The position numbers and the translations under genes were made by a program. Shown piece after piece: positions 24,585 to 32,682 of a DNA stretch of 32,682 bases; position 1 is the first letter of the stretch; each line of letters begins with the position of its first letter. The notes under the pieces are model-generated. The model made no database searches. It was not told where the DNA came from and saw only the letters and a list, made by a program, of their open reading frames with translations. The stretch is from a virus (lineage: Duplodnaviria; Caudoviricetes). The stretch spans positions 1 through 32,682 of IMG/VR virus record IMGVR_UViG_3300008255_000312; one strand, 5' to 3'.

Positions 24585-24989
24585 CTAGAGTCGGACGTAC
24601 TCGATCATGAGTTTCCCCGCGAGGCCCGCCGTGCTGGCAGATCCCGTCAGGTTCAGGAAATTACTGGAGGTCCACAGCGCAGGCGCGGTGATCGCGGTCT
24701 TGTCGGTGTTCTGCCGGGCGTGGCCGTTGTATACGACCCCCTCGGCAGCGGCCATCGCCAGCGCGCTGATGATGTCCGTGGCGTCGGTCGTCGCAGCTGC
24801 CCCTATGCCAACGTCCAGGTTTGCCGCTCCGGTGCTGTTCGCCGACACATACAGCGTGCTCTGGACGATCAGCAGGGTCGCGCCCTCGGGGTTCGCAATC
24901 GACGCGATGCCGCCGCCGTCCGTCGATGTCTCGCCGGTAAATTCAATGACCAGTCGGCCATTTTGGGTTGTCGCAATATTTCCAGCCAT
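24585..24989 (-). CDS. Putative capsid decoration protein (134 aa)
   Basis: Small beta-rich Ala/Thr/Gly protein after the capsid genes. Confidence 0.6.
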   Translation of the reverse strand: MAGNIATTQNGRLVIEFTGETSTDGGGIASIANPEGATLLIVQSTLYVSANSTGAANLDVGIGAAATTDATDIISALAMAAAEGVVYNGHARQNTDKTAITAPALWTSSNFLNLTGSASTAGLAGKLMIEYVRL

Positions 24990-25009
24990 TACATTGGCCC
25001 TTTCGTGGG

Positions 25010-25126
25010 TTAGCAGTTTGCCAGCAGGATGGCGGAGATTCGATCCCCTTCTTCCTTGCTGACCACGTTGTGATCGTTGTCGGGGGCCTTGGCGTCAGCC
25101 TCGGCCTTTTTCAGTTTCTCGGCCAT
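25010..25126 (-). CDS. Small hypothetical protein (38 aa, MAEKLKKAEADAK...)
   Basis: Hand-translated; fills the intergenic gap. Confidence 0.5.
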   Translation of the reverse strand: MAEKLKKAEADAKAPDNDHNVVSKEEGDRISAILLANC

Positions 25127-25129
25127 GGC

Positions 25130-26077
25130 CTAAGCGCCTACGATGCTGATACCGCCATTCGCATGGGGCACGGGCAACGCCTGGAGGGTGTAGGTCACGG
25201 GGTCCGCCCACGCGGAAATGCCGATAAGCTGGCAGTCGCCACGCAGGACAATCGCGTGGTACGGGGTCGCGCCATCGCTGATCGCGTGGTTGGCCGCCGT
25301 GCCGGTCGCGCCGTTATTCGACTTGAACACGTCGAACAAACAGTCTTCGAATTGGAGCGTGTACGGTACCGCCGTGGAGTCCAGGGTAACGAGCAGCTTG
25401 CCTGCCCGGCTGGCCCAAGCCACGAATTCGCAACCGATGAACTTATTACGGTTGCATTCGCCGGTCATCAGCAATTCGGTGTTGTCGGCGGTCCGGGCCA
25501 TCGACGCCAGGCCAATGGTACAGCGAACGAAGGTGTTTTCCGCGCCGCTCAGGCCAAGGCTGTAACTGCCTGCACGTGCCGCCGCCGTGGCGTGGCCCAT
25601 GCCCGCGAAAAACACGTTCTGGAAGTGGCACCGGGATCCGGAAACCACCGCCGCGCTGGAATCCTCGGCGGCGTCGTTGCCCTGGAAAAACTGCACGTTT
25701 CGGAAGATGCAGCCATCGCCCGAAATGGTGATAATCGTGTCCAGATCGTTGGTGGCATTACCCACGATTCGGCAGCGCTGGCCAACGCCGGGAAGGTCCG
25801 CAGACCAGCCCACAAGGTGAGTGTAAGCCTTGCTCCACGCGATTGACGCCGAGGGGTAATCAGCGGTAGGCCCACCGATCATCACAACGCAGTCGTTCTG
25901 ATTCGCGGTGCACAACGCGTACGCCGCCGCCACGGTGAGCAGCGGACTCGACAGCGACTTGCCGGAATTGCTATCGCTCCCGCTCTGGGGGTCGACAATA
26001 AAAACCTGCGAATTCGGCCCACGCGGAATGCCCGTGATCGCCAGATATTCGCTCAGTGCCTTGGGGAAAAGTCCCAT
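25130..26077 (-). CDS. Pectin-lyase-like beta-helix protein, probably head-associated
   Basis: FIVDPQSGSDSNSGKS...PLLTVAAA N-motif; repeated C.F.NV.F/N.F..C strands. Confidence 0.7.
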   Translation of the reverse strand: MGLFPKALSEYLAITGIPRGPNSQVFIVDPQSGSDSNSGKSLSSPLLTVAAAYALCTANQNDCVVMIGGPTADYPSASIAWSKAYTHLVGWSADLPGVGQRCRIVGNATNDLDTIITISGDGCIFRNVQFFQGNDAAEDSSAAVVSGSRCHFQNVFFAGMGHATAAARAGSYSLGLSGAENTFVRCTIGLASMARTADNTELLMTGECNRNKFIGCEFVAWASRAGKLLVTLDSTAVPYTLQFEDCLFDVFKSNNGATGTAANHAISDGATPYHAIVLRGDCQLIGISAWADPVTYTLQALPVPHANGGISIVGA

Positions 26078-26120
26078 GTTTCTGTCTCCATTTACGCCGC
26101 TATGCGACTGTTGAAGTGTA

Positions 26121-27125
26121 CTATGCAGTCAGCGCTGCAAACGGGCAGCGCGTGAGTTCGGTTTCGTTCATCTGGTTGATGGGGTTGGGGAGCGCAAACC
26201 CGAGGCGCATCGTGGCCTTGAGCGCCACCATGTTCTGCTGCCAGAGGTTGTGAATGATGTTGCCACCGGAATCGGTGATCACGCCTTCGGTGCCGATCTC
26301 GAAGGTGAGATCCTCGCGAATGGCGTATACCAGCTTATCCCACTGACCGGCGACGACCAACGCGGAAGCCGCGCTGATACTGCCATTCAGGGGGTACAGG
26401 ACCGGGGCACCGTCGATGAAGCCCGTGGCAAAAGAGGTCCCGATCTGCTGGCCCGAGTGAAAAATCGGCTGGCCATTGGCGTCGCGGGTGTTACGAAGCT
26501 TGCCCTTGACGGAAGTATGGGCGATGTAGCCCGACACCATGTATCCGTCGGCCTCCAGCAACATGGCGAGGCCATCCGCGCCCGCATCGGTTTCGCCGAG
26601 AAGCGCCTCGTACATGTCGGCGTACGAGGCAAGGCTGATCGTCTGGCTGGCGGCTGTGGCTCGGGCGACAAGGCCTGCGCGGGCGGTGCCGGTCTCGCCA
26701 AGGTTCGTCGACCAGGAAGAGGGAATGTTCGTTCCGTGAATCACGGCGGCGTCAACCAGCTTGGCAATGGCCCCGACGATCTGCGGGCGACACTGCCCCC
26801 AGATGTCATAGGCGGTATCGGCAATCACCGATTTTGCAATGGGGATGATAGCGGTGATTCGCTCTGCATCAATGTACCGATTCGCCCACTCGCTGGAGGT
26901 GGTTTGCGCCAGCGCGTTGTCAGCGCCAGAACCATCATTGAAAAACGCGTCGGCCAAGCCGCTGGAAACCATCAGCCTTTCCTGGGAGCGGTTCATGTTC
27001 GGCAGGCGCTTTGCCATGCGCATAACGGCAGACTCTTCCTGCGTCTCTTTGATGATCTCGGGGTACACTTCCTCGGGGATCAGCGCGGAGGCATTCGCTC
27101 GTGAAATCAGGTCGGAAAATCCCAT
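26121..27125 (-). CDS. Major capsid protein (HK97 fold)
   Basis: LIPEE...IIK....S.VM..A and NLWQQNMVALKATMRLGF...NP motifs. Confidence 0.93.
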   Translation of the reverse strand: MGFSDLISRANASALIPEEVYPEIIKETQEESAVMRMAKRLPNMNRSQERLMVSSGLADAFFNDGSGADNALAQTTSSEWANRYIDAERITAIIPIAKSVIADTAYDIWGQCRPQIVGAIAKLVDAAVIHGTNIPSSWSTNLGETGTARAGLVARATAASQTISLASYADMYEALLGETDAGADGLAMLLEADGYMVSGYIAHTSVKGKLRNTRDANGQPIFHSGQQIGTSFATGFIDGAPVLYPLNGSISAASALVVAGQWDKLVYAIREDLTFEIGTEGVITDSGGNIIHNLWQQNMVALKATMRLGFALPNPINQMNETELTRCPFAALTA

Positions 27126-27136
27126 GTTTTGCTACC

Positions 27137-27637
27137 TTATCGGACGCCTGCCGCTGCCCGTATGGCCGCGTTCATTCCGCCCGTTTTGTGTTGATGCCCG
27201 GCCCCAGCGCCAGCGTTGGCGTCAGGAGTGGAGGCGAAAAATTCGGGGTTGTCTTTGCGAAAACCGGCAAGGTCTAACTTGCCTTTGCTATTGATGTAGT
27301 CATCTTTGGCGACCTTGTACGCCGCCTTCAAATTTCGGATTCCGGCGGCGCTGGCCTCGGACACGAAGTCCGCGAATTGCTGCGCCTGTTCCGACCGTGC
27401 CGTGAGTTCGGCGAGTTTCGACTCGCTGTCTTTCGTCACGTCTGCAAGCAGAGCCGCCTGTTTGTCGCGCTCTGCTTTGAGCGCCGCGTTGACCGCCGCA
27501 GATACCTGCGATTTCACGTCGTCTGCGCTAAAGGTCGTTTTTGTTTCTGTCGGGGTAGTCGCGTCGCCGGGCTTGGCCTCGGGTGTACCAGTCACGGCTC
27601 CCTCGGGCGTCCCGGCGGTCGTTGCATCCGTCGTCAT
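27137..27637 (-). CDS. Capsid scaffolding protein
   Basis: KTTFSADDV, coiled coil, PEFF, C-terminal MNAAIRAAAG; precedes the capsid gene. Confidence 0.85.
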   Translation of the reverse strand: MTTDATTAGTPEGAVTGTPEAKPGDATTPTETKTTFSADDVKSQVSAAVNAALKAERDKQAALLADVTKDSESKLAELTARSEQAQQFADFVSEASAAGIRNLKAAYKVAKDDYINSKGKLDLAGFRKDNPEFFASTPDANAGAGAGHQHKTGGMNAAIRAAAGVR

Positions 27638-27655
27638 TTTTCATTCCTCGGGGTT

Positions 27656-27701
27656 AAACAAAAACGCCCGCAATCCATCGGGGAGATGAATTACGGGCGT
27701 T
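27656..27701 (-). terminator. Terminator-like hairpin (17-bp stem, UCCCC loop, U-tract)
   Basis: AACGCCCGUAAUUCAUC/GAUGGAUUGCGGGCGUU followed by UUUGUUU. Confidence 0.7.
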
Positions 27702-27742
27702 AACTCGTGAAAGCGAAGACCTTCGTGCTATTCAAATATTGA

Positions 27743-27848
27743 TGGGCGCGTGAGGAATCGAACCTCCGTATCCGTTGCTTTAGCGGCCCGGCTGGTTACG
27801 GGCTGACCAAAGACTTAATACGGCGCTTTTCCACTAAGCTACACGCCT
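27743..27848 (-). ncRNA. tRNA-like RNA with a 35-nt hairpin inserted in the anticodon loop
   Basis: Acceptor AGGCGTG/CGCGCCC, T8A9, D arm GCTT-AGTGGAA-AAGC, T arm GAGG-TTCGATT-CCTC; no encoded CCA. Confidence 0.65.
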
Positions 27849-27854
27849 TCAGTA

Positions 27855-28049
27855 TCAAACTGATTTTGCGCGCTCGCGCTGAATCAACCTGTCCACAAAG
27901 TTTTGCAAGTTCTTGAGTTGCCTACTCAGCACGAGCAGATCAACCCGGAGGCGAGGAGGTATGTCAATTACCAAGCTCTGCGTCTCTTTTTCCGACTCTA
28001 CCACAGTAGTAGTGTCTGTGTCAAGGGGGTATTTGCGAGGTCTACCCAT
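27855..28049 (-). CDS. Small protein with AT-hook-like GRPRK N-terminus (64 aa)
   Basis: AAGGAG RBS before MGRPRKY. Confidence 0.65.
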   Translation of the reverse strand: MGRPRKYPLDTDTTTVVESEKETQSLVIDIPPRLRVDLLVLSRQLKNLQNFVDRLIQRERAKSV

Positions 28050-28833
28050 TTTTAGCTTTCTCCTTTGCTGTGGCGGTTCGCTCCGCCCCTCTATCAGTGA
28101 TGTCCTTGAATAGATCAAGGGCAGATGGATCGTCGATGAATGAAACCGAACAGCGGCAACCGGGGTGCTGCGGCGCGGTTTGCACTCCCCCGGAAAACTC
28201 CTGATCGATTGGGATCGGCCCCTCGGCCTCGTTGCCTTGGCACTCGTCGCTAACCCTTTCGTCGCCCGTCGTCTGCCAGTATTTGTACTTGCCGCCGTCG
28301 TTTTTTGCGGCCAGAAAATCGCCCTCGTTCACGGCCTTAGACGCCTCGGTCCTGGCGATGGTGTGGCGGCGTTCCGCAAGCAGCCGCTGGAATTCGCGTT
28401 CCTCGGCGGCGGCGATCTGCGCGTCGGTCATGTCGGAGGCCTCTAGCCCAGCCTTGAATTTCTCAAACTGCGCCGCCCGGTTGGAGTCGAGCCCCTGCAC
28501 CTCTTGCAGGTTTCGGGCAATGTCGCGTGGGTTGAGTCCAGCCTCCATGCCTGCTGCAATTTTCTCGCCAATCGTGTTTAAATCGGCGGCGCTCATGGTG
28601 GCCAGCAGGCTGTCCGCTGCGGTCTCGGCTAGGTTCGATGCACGGTCCAGGATGTCCTGAGACACCTGCCCCGTGATCTGTGCTATTAGCGTGTCGTAGT
28701 GCGCCTTCACGAGGTCGTCCCGCTGCCCCGCGTACTGCGGAAATAGATACGCGGCCAGCGCGGCACCGTCGCCGGGGTCAAAGATCCCGAGGCTGGCAAT
28801 TGCCGCCGCGATGTCCTCAACTGCGAAGGCCAT
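28042..28833 (-). CDS. Minor head morphogenesis protein (Mu gpF/SPP1 gp7-like)
   Basis: TIARTE, KYWQTTGDERV..C, PQHPGCRCS. Confidence 0.92.
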   Translation of the reverse strand: MAFAVEDIAAAIASLGIFDPGDGAALAAYLFPQYAGQRDDLVKAHYDTLIAQITGQVSQDILDRASNLAETAADSLLATMSAADLNTIGEKIAAGMEAGLNPRDIARNLQEVQGLDSNRAAQFEKFKAGLEASDMTDAQIAAAEEREFQRLLAERRHTIARTEASKAVNEGDFLAAKNDGGKYKYWQTTGDERVSDECQGNEAEGPIPIDQEFSGGVQTAPQHPGCRCSVSFIDDPSALDLFKDITDRGAERTATAKEKAKNG

Positions 28834-30272
28834 CAGTTGGCATTCCTACGGTTGATTGCCCGTGTCAGCATGCCGCTCCGGGCGATCTCGCCTGCGATGT
28901 CTGGCGTCTTAACGATGGCCTCAAAGCGGGGCGCGGCTTCCTCAGGCGATGCCACGCGGGGCAGTGTAGCCGCTGCCTGCGCGGGTTGCCCAAACTGCCC
29001 CCCCTGCGCGGGTTGCGGCATGGACCCGGCATCTGTCCGTAATTCGTCGAGCTGCTTCGCCGTCCAGCCCTCGTCGCGAAGCTGGTTGATAATCGGAATG
29101 CCCGCCTGCGTGTTGATTAAGCGGGTTTGCGCCAGGCTTTGGGGCTGTACTGTATGGGGGTCTGCCCATATACACTCGATGTCGTCGGCCTCGGCGGCGA
29201 TCCCCTCTATGCCCAGCATAAACGACATAAGATTCGTCCACGTCTCGCCGAAGCTGTCCTGGTACATTAATACTTTTGCGACCAACGGCCCCTCCATGGT
29301 CTGCAAGGCCTCGCCGCTGATATTCGCGCCCTGCCCCTCGAAGTAGTGACGTGGTATTGCAGTTATCGCCGCTATGTCGTTGGTCAGCGCCCCCATGGAT
29401 TCGAGGTAGTTCCCAGGCCCCGAGGATGGATAAACGCCCGTCGATGCCGCCTGCTCGCCCTCTACGCCGGGCGGGATCATCGCCGTGGTTCCCGGCCCAA
29501 TCGGAAGCGGCGCATCGTTGTCAAAATTGCCAATTGCCCAGCGCTGGTTAAAGCTGGCGTATTCGGAGGTGACCATCATGTCGTTAAGCAGCTTATTAAG
29601 CGCGTCTTGAATGCTCAAAACGCTCTTGGTAAGTTCGCCCGCCAAGGTCCGCCGCTGTGGCCTGAACTGAAACACGGGGATCACGCCGTAGGGGTTGCCC
29701 TCCACGGGGTTGTCCGTCGGCCTGAAAGCAGACCAGGCGTGCGACGAATCCATGTCCGACGACTTAGCATAGTAGTGCTCGATTCTATCGGTGTAGTACA
29801 GATTCAGGTACGTGGCGTTGTCCGCCGTGGACTTCCAGACCTTGGCCGCCACCCTCGGGGTGTCCGGGTCGTCGTCCTCAAAGAGGATCTGGACCTGCCT
29901 TGGGTCGTGGTAGTACGCCTTGGGCTGGCCGTCCTTGCCGGGCCATGCCACGATATACCCCTCGCCTGTGGCAAGGGCGGAGACCGTAACATCGGTAGCT
30001 ATGCGCCTGAGGACGCGCTTCCAGATCTTGCCCATGGCTTCGGAGGCTGTGGCGTCTTCGTGCAGCCACTCCTGGATCTTGAGCCGGTCGCGGCTGGTAT
30101 TCACAACCACGGGGCACCAGTTTTTCTTGAACACGACGCCGTTTTTGAAGACCTGGTTGAATTTCTCGTTCAGAAACGAAATCGGGTGATCGCCGTCGTA
30201 ATACCGCCACAGCATACTGTGCTGGGCGTTTTTGCTCGCCATGGTTTCGTAACAGAGTTTCAAATCGCTCAT
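28833..30272 (-). CDS. Portal protein (SPP1 gp6-like)
   Basis: YYDGDH, NWCPVVV, NPYGVIPV..F, NISGEAL; follows the terminase. Confidence 0.93.
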   Translation of the reverse strand: MSDLKLCYETMASKNAQHSMLWRYYDGDHPISFLNEKFNQVFKNGVVFKKNWCPVVVNTSRDRLKIQEWLHEDATASEAMGKIWKRVLRRIATDVTVSALATGEGYIVAWPGKDGQPKAYYHDPRQVQILFEDDDPDTPRVAAKVWKSTADNATYLNLYYTDRIEHYYAKSSDMDSSHAWSAFRPTDNPVEGNPYGVIPVFQFRPQRRTLAGELTKSVLSIQDALNKLLNDMMVTSEYASFNQRWAIGNFDNDAPLPIGPGTTAMIPPGVEGEQAASTGVYPSSGPGNYLESMGALTNDIAAITAIPRHYFEGQGANISGEALQTMEGPLVAKVLMYQDSFGETWTNLMSFMLGIEGIAAEADDIECIWADPHTVQPQSLAQTRLINTQAGIPIINQLRDEGWTAKQLDELRTDAGSMPQPAQGGQFGQPAQAAATLPRVASPEEAAPRFEAIVKTPDIAGEIARSGMLTRAINRRNAN

Positions 30273-30273
30273 A

Positions 30274-31497
30274 TCATCGCACCTGTATGCTTCGTACTCG
30301 TTTTTTCATCGTGGACCATACTGCGTACCTCAGCGCGTCAATAGCGTGATCGTTCAGCGGGACAGGGGTGTCTAGGCTGTTGCCGTTTCGGTCCTCTTCC
30401 CATGAGTACGTTGCCATCTCGGATATAAAGTCTGAGCTATCTGGTGTAGTATATACCATAAGTGACTGGATCAAGGCAATTCCCGCAGAAATGCTGCCCT
30501 TGCCTTTTGCTGCAGGGATCACGTTGAATCCGCCCCGTGCCAACTCCTTGATCCTCGCTGGCTCCGCTGCGTCTGCGTATACCGGGGTTCGTTTCGCGAT
30601 GCCCAGGGCGCGCATGCGGTCGCCCAACTCGGTGTTACTCAGGTTGCTTTCGTAGAGCAGTTCACGGACGTAGATGCTGCCCGTGCGCCGGGTCCAGTCC
30701 ACGTCTTTAAAGCCAGCGTGCATGATCACCGTCGGGTTATTGAAGCCGAAGTCGATGCCGTACGCATCCATGTCGAATCGATCAGGGAAGGCCGCGATCA
30801 CCTCCGGCGGGTTGAAAATCAGGCCCTTGAGGATGCCCCATTCGCCGTCTGCATAGATGCGGTACAGTGACTTGCTGTACCGCTGCATCTCCTGGAAAAG
30901 CTCTTCGTATTCGTCGCCCGCGAATGGATTGTCACGAAACGTAGACTTGATCACCGTGGCCTTCGGGCTTATGTCGTCGAAAAATCTCCGCTTGAGCCAG
31001 TGCAGATGACTCACAGGGTTAAAGGTCAGGATGATCTGCTTGTAGTGCAGTGTTTCACCACGAAGGCGCAGGTCTATCTGGATGAAGTCATTTTCGCCAA
31101 GTTCCGTTGCCTCTTCGATCCAGATCGAGGTAATGCCGGTAATCGATTTCAGTTTCTCCACGTCGTCGACGCCCGCGAAGAGAATCTCGCTCCCGTTTTT
31201 GAACGTGATCGTCATCTCCGTGGAGTTGATTTTCACCGACCCGTAGAGTTTCCATTCGTAGATTCTGGCCTTGATTTCGGCAAATGCAGACTGGCGCAGG
31301 GTCCGGGCCACGCGGCGAATCACGAGATACCGCTGTGGACTCGCCAGACAGCGGAGTACGATTTTCTGTGTCGCGAAAACCGACTTGCCGGAACCCGAGC
31401 CGCCGTAAAGGATCAGGTAACGGCTGGTATTCCCGAGAGCTGGCGCGAACTTCGGCAGCACCGCCTCCCGCAAATCAATGTCACGCGCTCGGCTCAA
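30274..31497 (-). CDS. Terminase large subunit (PBSX/XtmB family)
   Basis: YGGSGSGKS, WIEEATE, LTFNP, GIDFGF, NDHAIDALRYA. Confidence 0.97.
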   Translation of the reverse strand: MSRARDIDLREAVLPKFAPALGNTSRYLILYGGSGSGKSVFATQKIVLRCLASPQRYLVIRRVARTLRQSAFAEIKARIYEWKLYGSVKINSTEMTITFKNGSEILFAGVDDVEKLKSITGITSIWIEEATELGENDFIQIDLRLRGETLHYKQIILTFNPVSHLHWLKRRFFDDISPKATVIKSTFRDNPFAGDEYEELFQEMQRYSKSLYRIYADGEWGILKGLIFNPPEVIAAFPDRFDMDAYGIDFGFNNPTVIMHAGFKDVDWTRRTGSIYVRELLYESNLSNTELGDRMRALGIAKRTPVYADAAEPARIKELARGGFNVIPAAKGKGSISAGIALIQSLMVYTTPDSSDFISEMATYSWEEDRNGNSLDTPVPLNDHAIDALRYAVWSTMKKRVRSIQVR

Positions 31498-31915
31498 GAT
31501 CTGTTCCCGCTGTTCCCGCGTTCTCCGGAAGGATAAATCGGGGCGTGGTGTCTGTGACCTCTACTTTCGCGGGGGCGTCGAGACCGAGCAACTTGCAGCG
31601 CTGGGCCGATATTCTGAGCGCCGTGGTGATCGCGTCGGCCTGACCATCACAAATGCCCCGATCTAGTGCAGCAAGCATTTTGTCGAGTCGCTCCAGTTCC
31701 ATCTGTCGGACGGACTCCCGCGCCTCTGCGAGGGTCTCGTTGATGTCGACCAGCTCCCGCATGACCATAGCGTGGATGCGCTGCGCCGTCACGCCCATGA
31801 CCTCGCCTATGGCCTGGTAGCTGTACCCGGCCTTGCGGAGTTCGAGCGCCTGCGTGTGGCGTTCGCGGCCCTCGATGCCTCGCTTGTCGCTGCGCTTGGT
31901 TTTTGAATGCGCCAT
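31481..31915 (-). CDS. Terminase small subunit / HTH protein
   Basis: ALELRKAGYSYQAIG HTH and KLLGLDAP.KVEV; directly upstream of TerL. Confidence 0.8.
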   Translation of the reverse strand: MAHSKTKRSDKRGIEGRERHTQALELRKAGYSYQAIGEVMGVTAQRIHAMVMRELVDINETLAEARESVRQMELERLDKMLAALDRGICDGQADAITTALRISAQRCKLLGLDAPAKVEVTDTTPRFILPENAGTAGTDLEPSA

Positions 31916-31973
31916 TCTTTCGACCTCAATTAACCAATGTGTCAATACTTGCTATATCAATCATTCTACCACG

Positions 31974-31998
31974 AAAAACCGGAGGCGTGTGTCTCCGG
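31974..31998 (-). terminator. Probable intrinsic terminator ending early/middle genes
   Basis: CCGGAG/CUCCGG stem followed by U5. Confidence 0.55.
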
Positions 31999-32043
31999 CC
32001 ACACCGCGCCACTACGTCCCTTCCTCGACCGCCAGAAACGCGG

Positions 32044-32394
32044 TCATTGACTGGACGCATCAGATGCGATCCAAAGCGCTAGATCGGATCGGCTTGCAAA
32101 TACAGGCATGCCGAGCGCGTCAGCCTCTGCAACCTCGCCACGCGTTCCAGCGCTCTTCTCCCAGTCTCCAACGAGCAACACGGCATCACAGCGCCGCATG
32201 AGTTCGAGGGTCGCAGCCAACCAATATTCGCCCGTCATCGTTCCGTCGAGAAACCGGGTGTTTGTGTGCGGACAGAGCGCCGAGGCTCCCATTTCCGCTA
32301 CGTACAGAATCTGCTCCTCGGCTGCACGTATGTTTCGTTCAACCTGCCACGCGGTAGCTGCGCGGAATGGTCCTGCGATGTATACGACTTTCAT
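32044..32394 (-). CDS. DUF4406-like (nucleoside deoxyribosyltransferase-fold) protein
   Basis: VYIAGPF...CDAVLLVGDWEKSAG..GE...A..LGMPV. Confidence 0.85.
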   Translation of the reverse strand: MKVVYIAGPFRAATAWQVERNIRAAEEQILYVAEMGASALCPHTNTRFLDGTMTGEYWLAATLELMRRCDAVLLVGDWEKSAGTRGEVAEADALGMPVFASRSDLALWIASDASSQ

Positions 32395-32415
32395 GCTATT
32401 TGCCTTTCGATTTCG

Positions 32416-32604
32416 TTATAAATCGTGGTCATGGATTCCCGACCTTTCGCCCACGTAGTCGCGGGCCATGTGGTGGATCATGTAGACGGCGGACGCCCCG
32501 CTTGCTCCGTCATCTCCTGTACTGTAGATCACCTGTGTAAATACTGTGTTATGGCTGTTCACCCATGTCGATGACTGGTGGATAATCCGCGTTCGTTCGC
32601 TCAT
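32416..32604 (-). CDS. Hypothetical protein (62 aa)
   Basis: Follows the DUF3037 gene across the circular junction. Confidence 0.55.
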   Translation of the reverse strand: MSERTRIIHQSSTWVNSHNTVFTQVIYSTGDDGASGASAVYMIHHMARDYVGERSGIHDHDL

Positions 32605-32682
32605 GTCACGTGGTCTCTACGAGTTCTTCAAACGGCCGCTGCAGCGCCGCCTGTGGGTCGTCGACGCTAGGGATATATTGGA
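32560..32682. repeat. Terminal direct repeat, identical to 1-123
   Basis: Exact match. Confidence 0.97.

Noticed and set aside
27743-27848. Canonical tRNA-Leu(AAG)
   Set aside because: Would need a 39-nt variable region or removal of an insert with no evident splicing route; several stem mismatches; U at position 37.

Overview
Apparently complete, circularly assembled genome of a small GC-rich tailed dsDNA phage with siphovirus-type gene order. Bases 1-123 equal 32560-32682, so the unit length is 32,559 bp. Essentially all credible genes are on the minus strand. Reading from high to low coordinates: terminases, portal, Mu-F-like head protein, a tRNA-like RNA, scaffold, major capsid, decoration and neck genes, tail tube, frameshifting tail chaperone, short tape measure, split Dit, Tal and tail proteins; a separately promoted block of three signal-peptide-bearing proteins (fibre-like, GE-repeat, EF-hand); a lysis cassette ending in a terminator; an early region with three Ala-rich paralogues, ERF, two adenine MTases (one frameshifted), SSB, a nuclease-fold protein, initiator plus DnaC-like loader, DUF1064, a promoter-driven GG-pentamer array and an orphan DUF3037. 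I recognised no integrase or CI-type repressor. Best candidate for an undescribed system: two non-coding elements in the late transcript (lysis 3' UTR and a hairpin loop in the head operon) are 15-16-nt perfect complements of the extended ribosome-binding motif of the first early genes, suggesting late-mRNA-borne antisense shut-off of early translation. Family calls are from recalled motifs and synteny; no searches were run.
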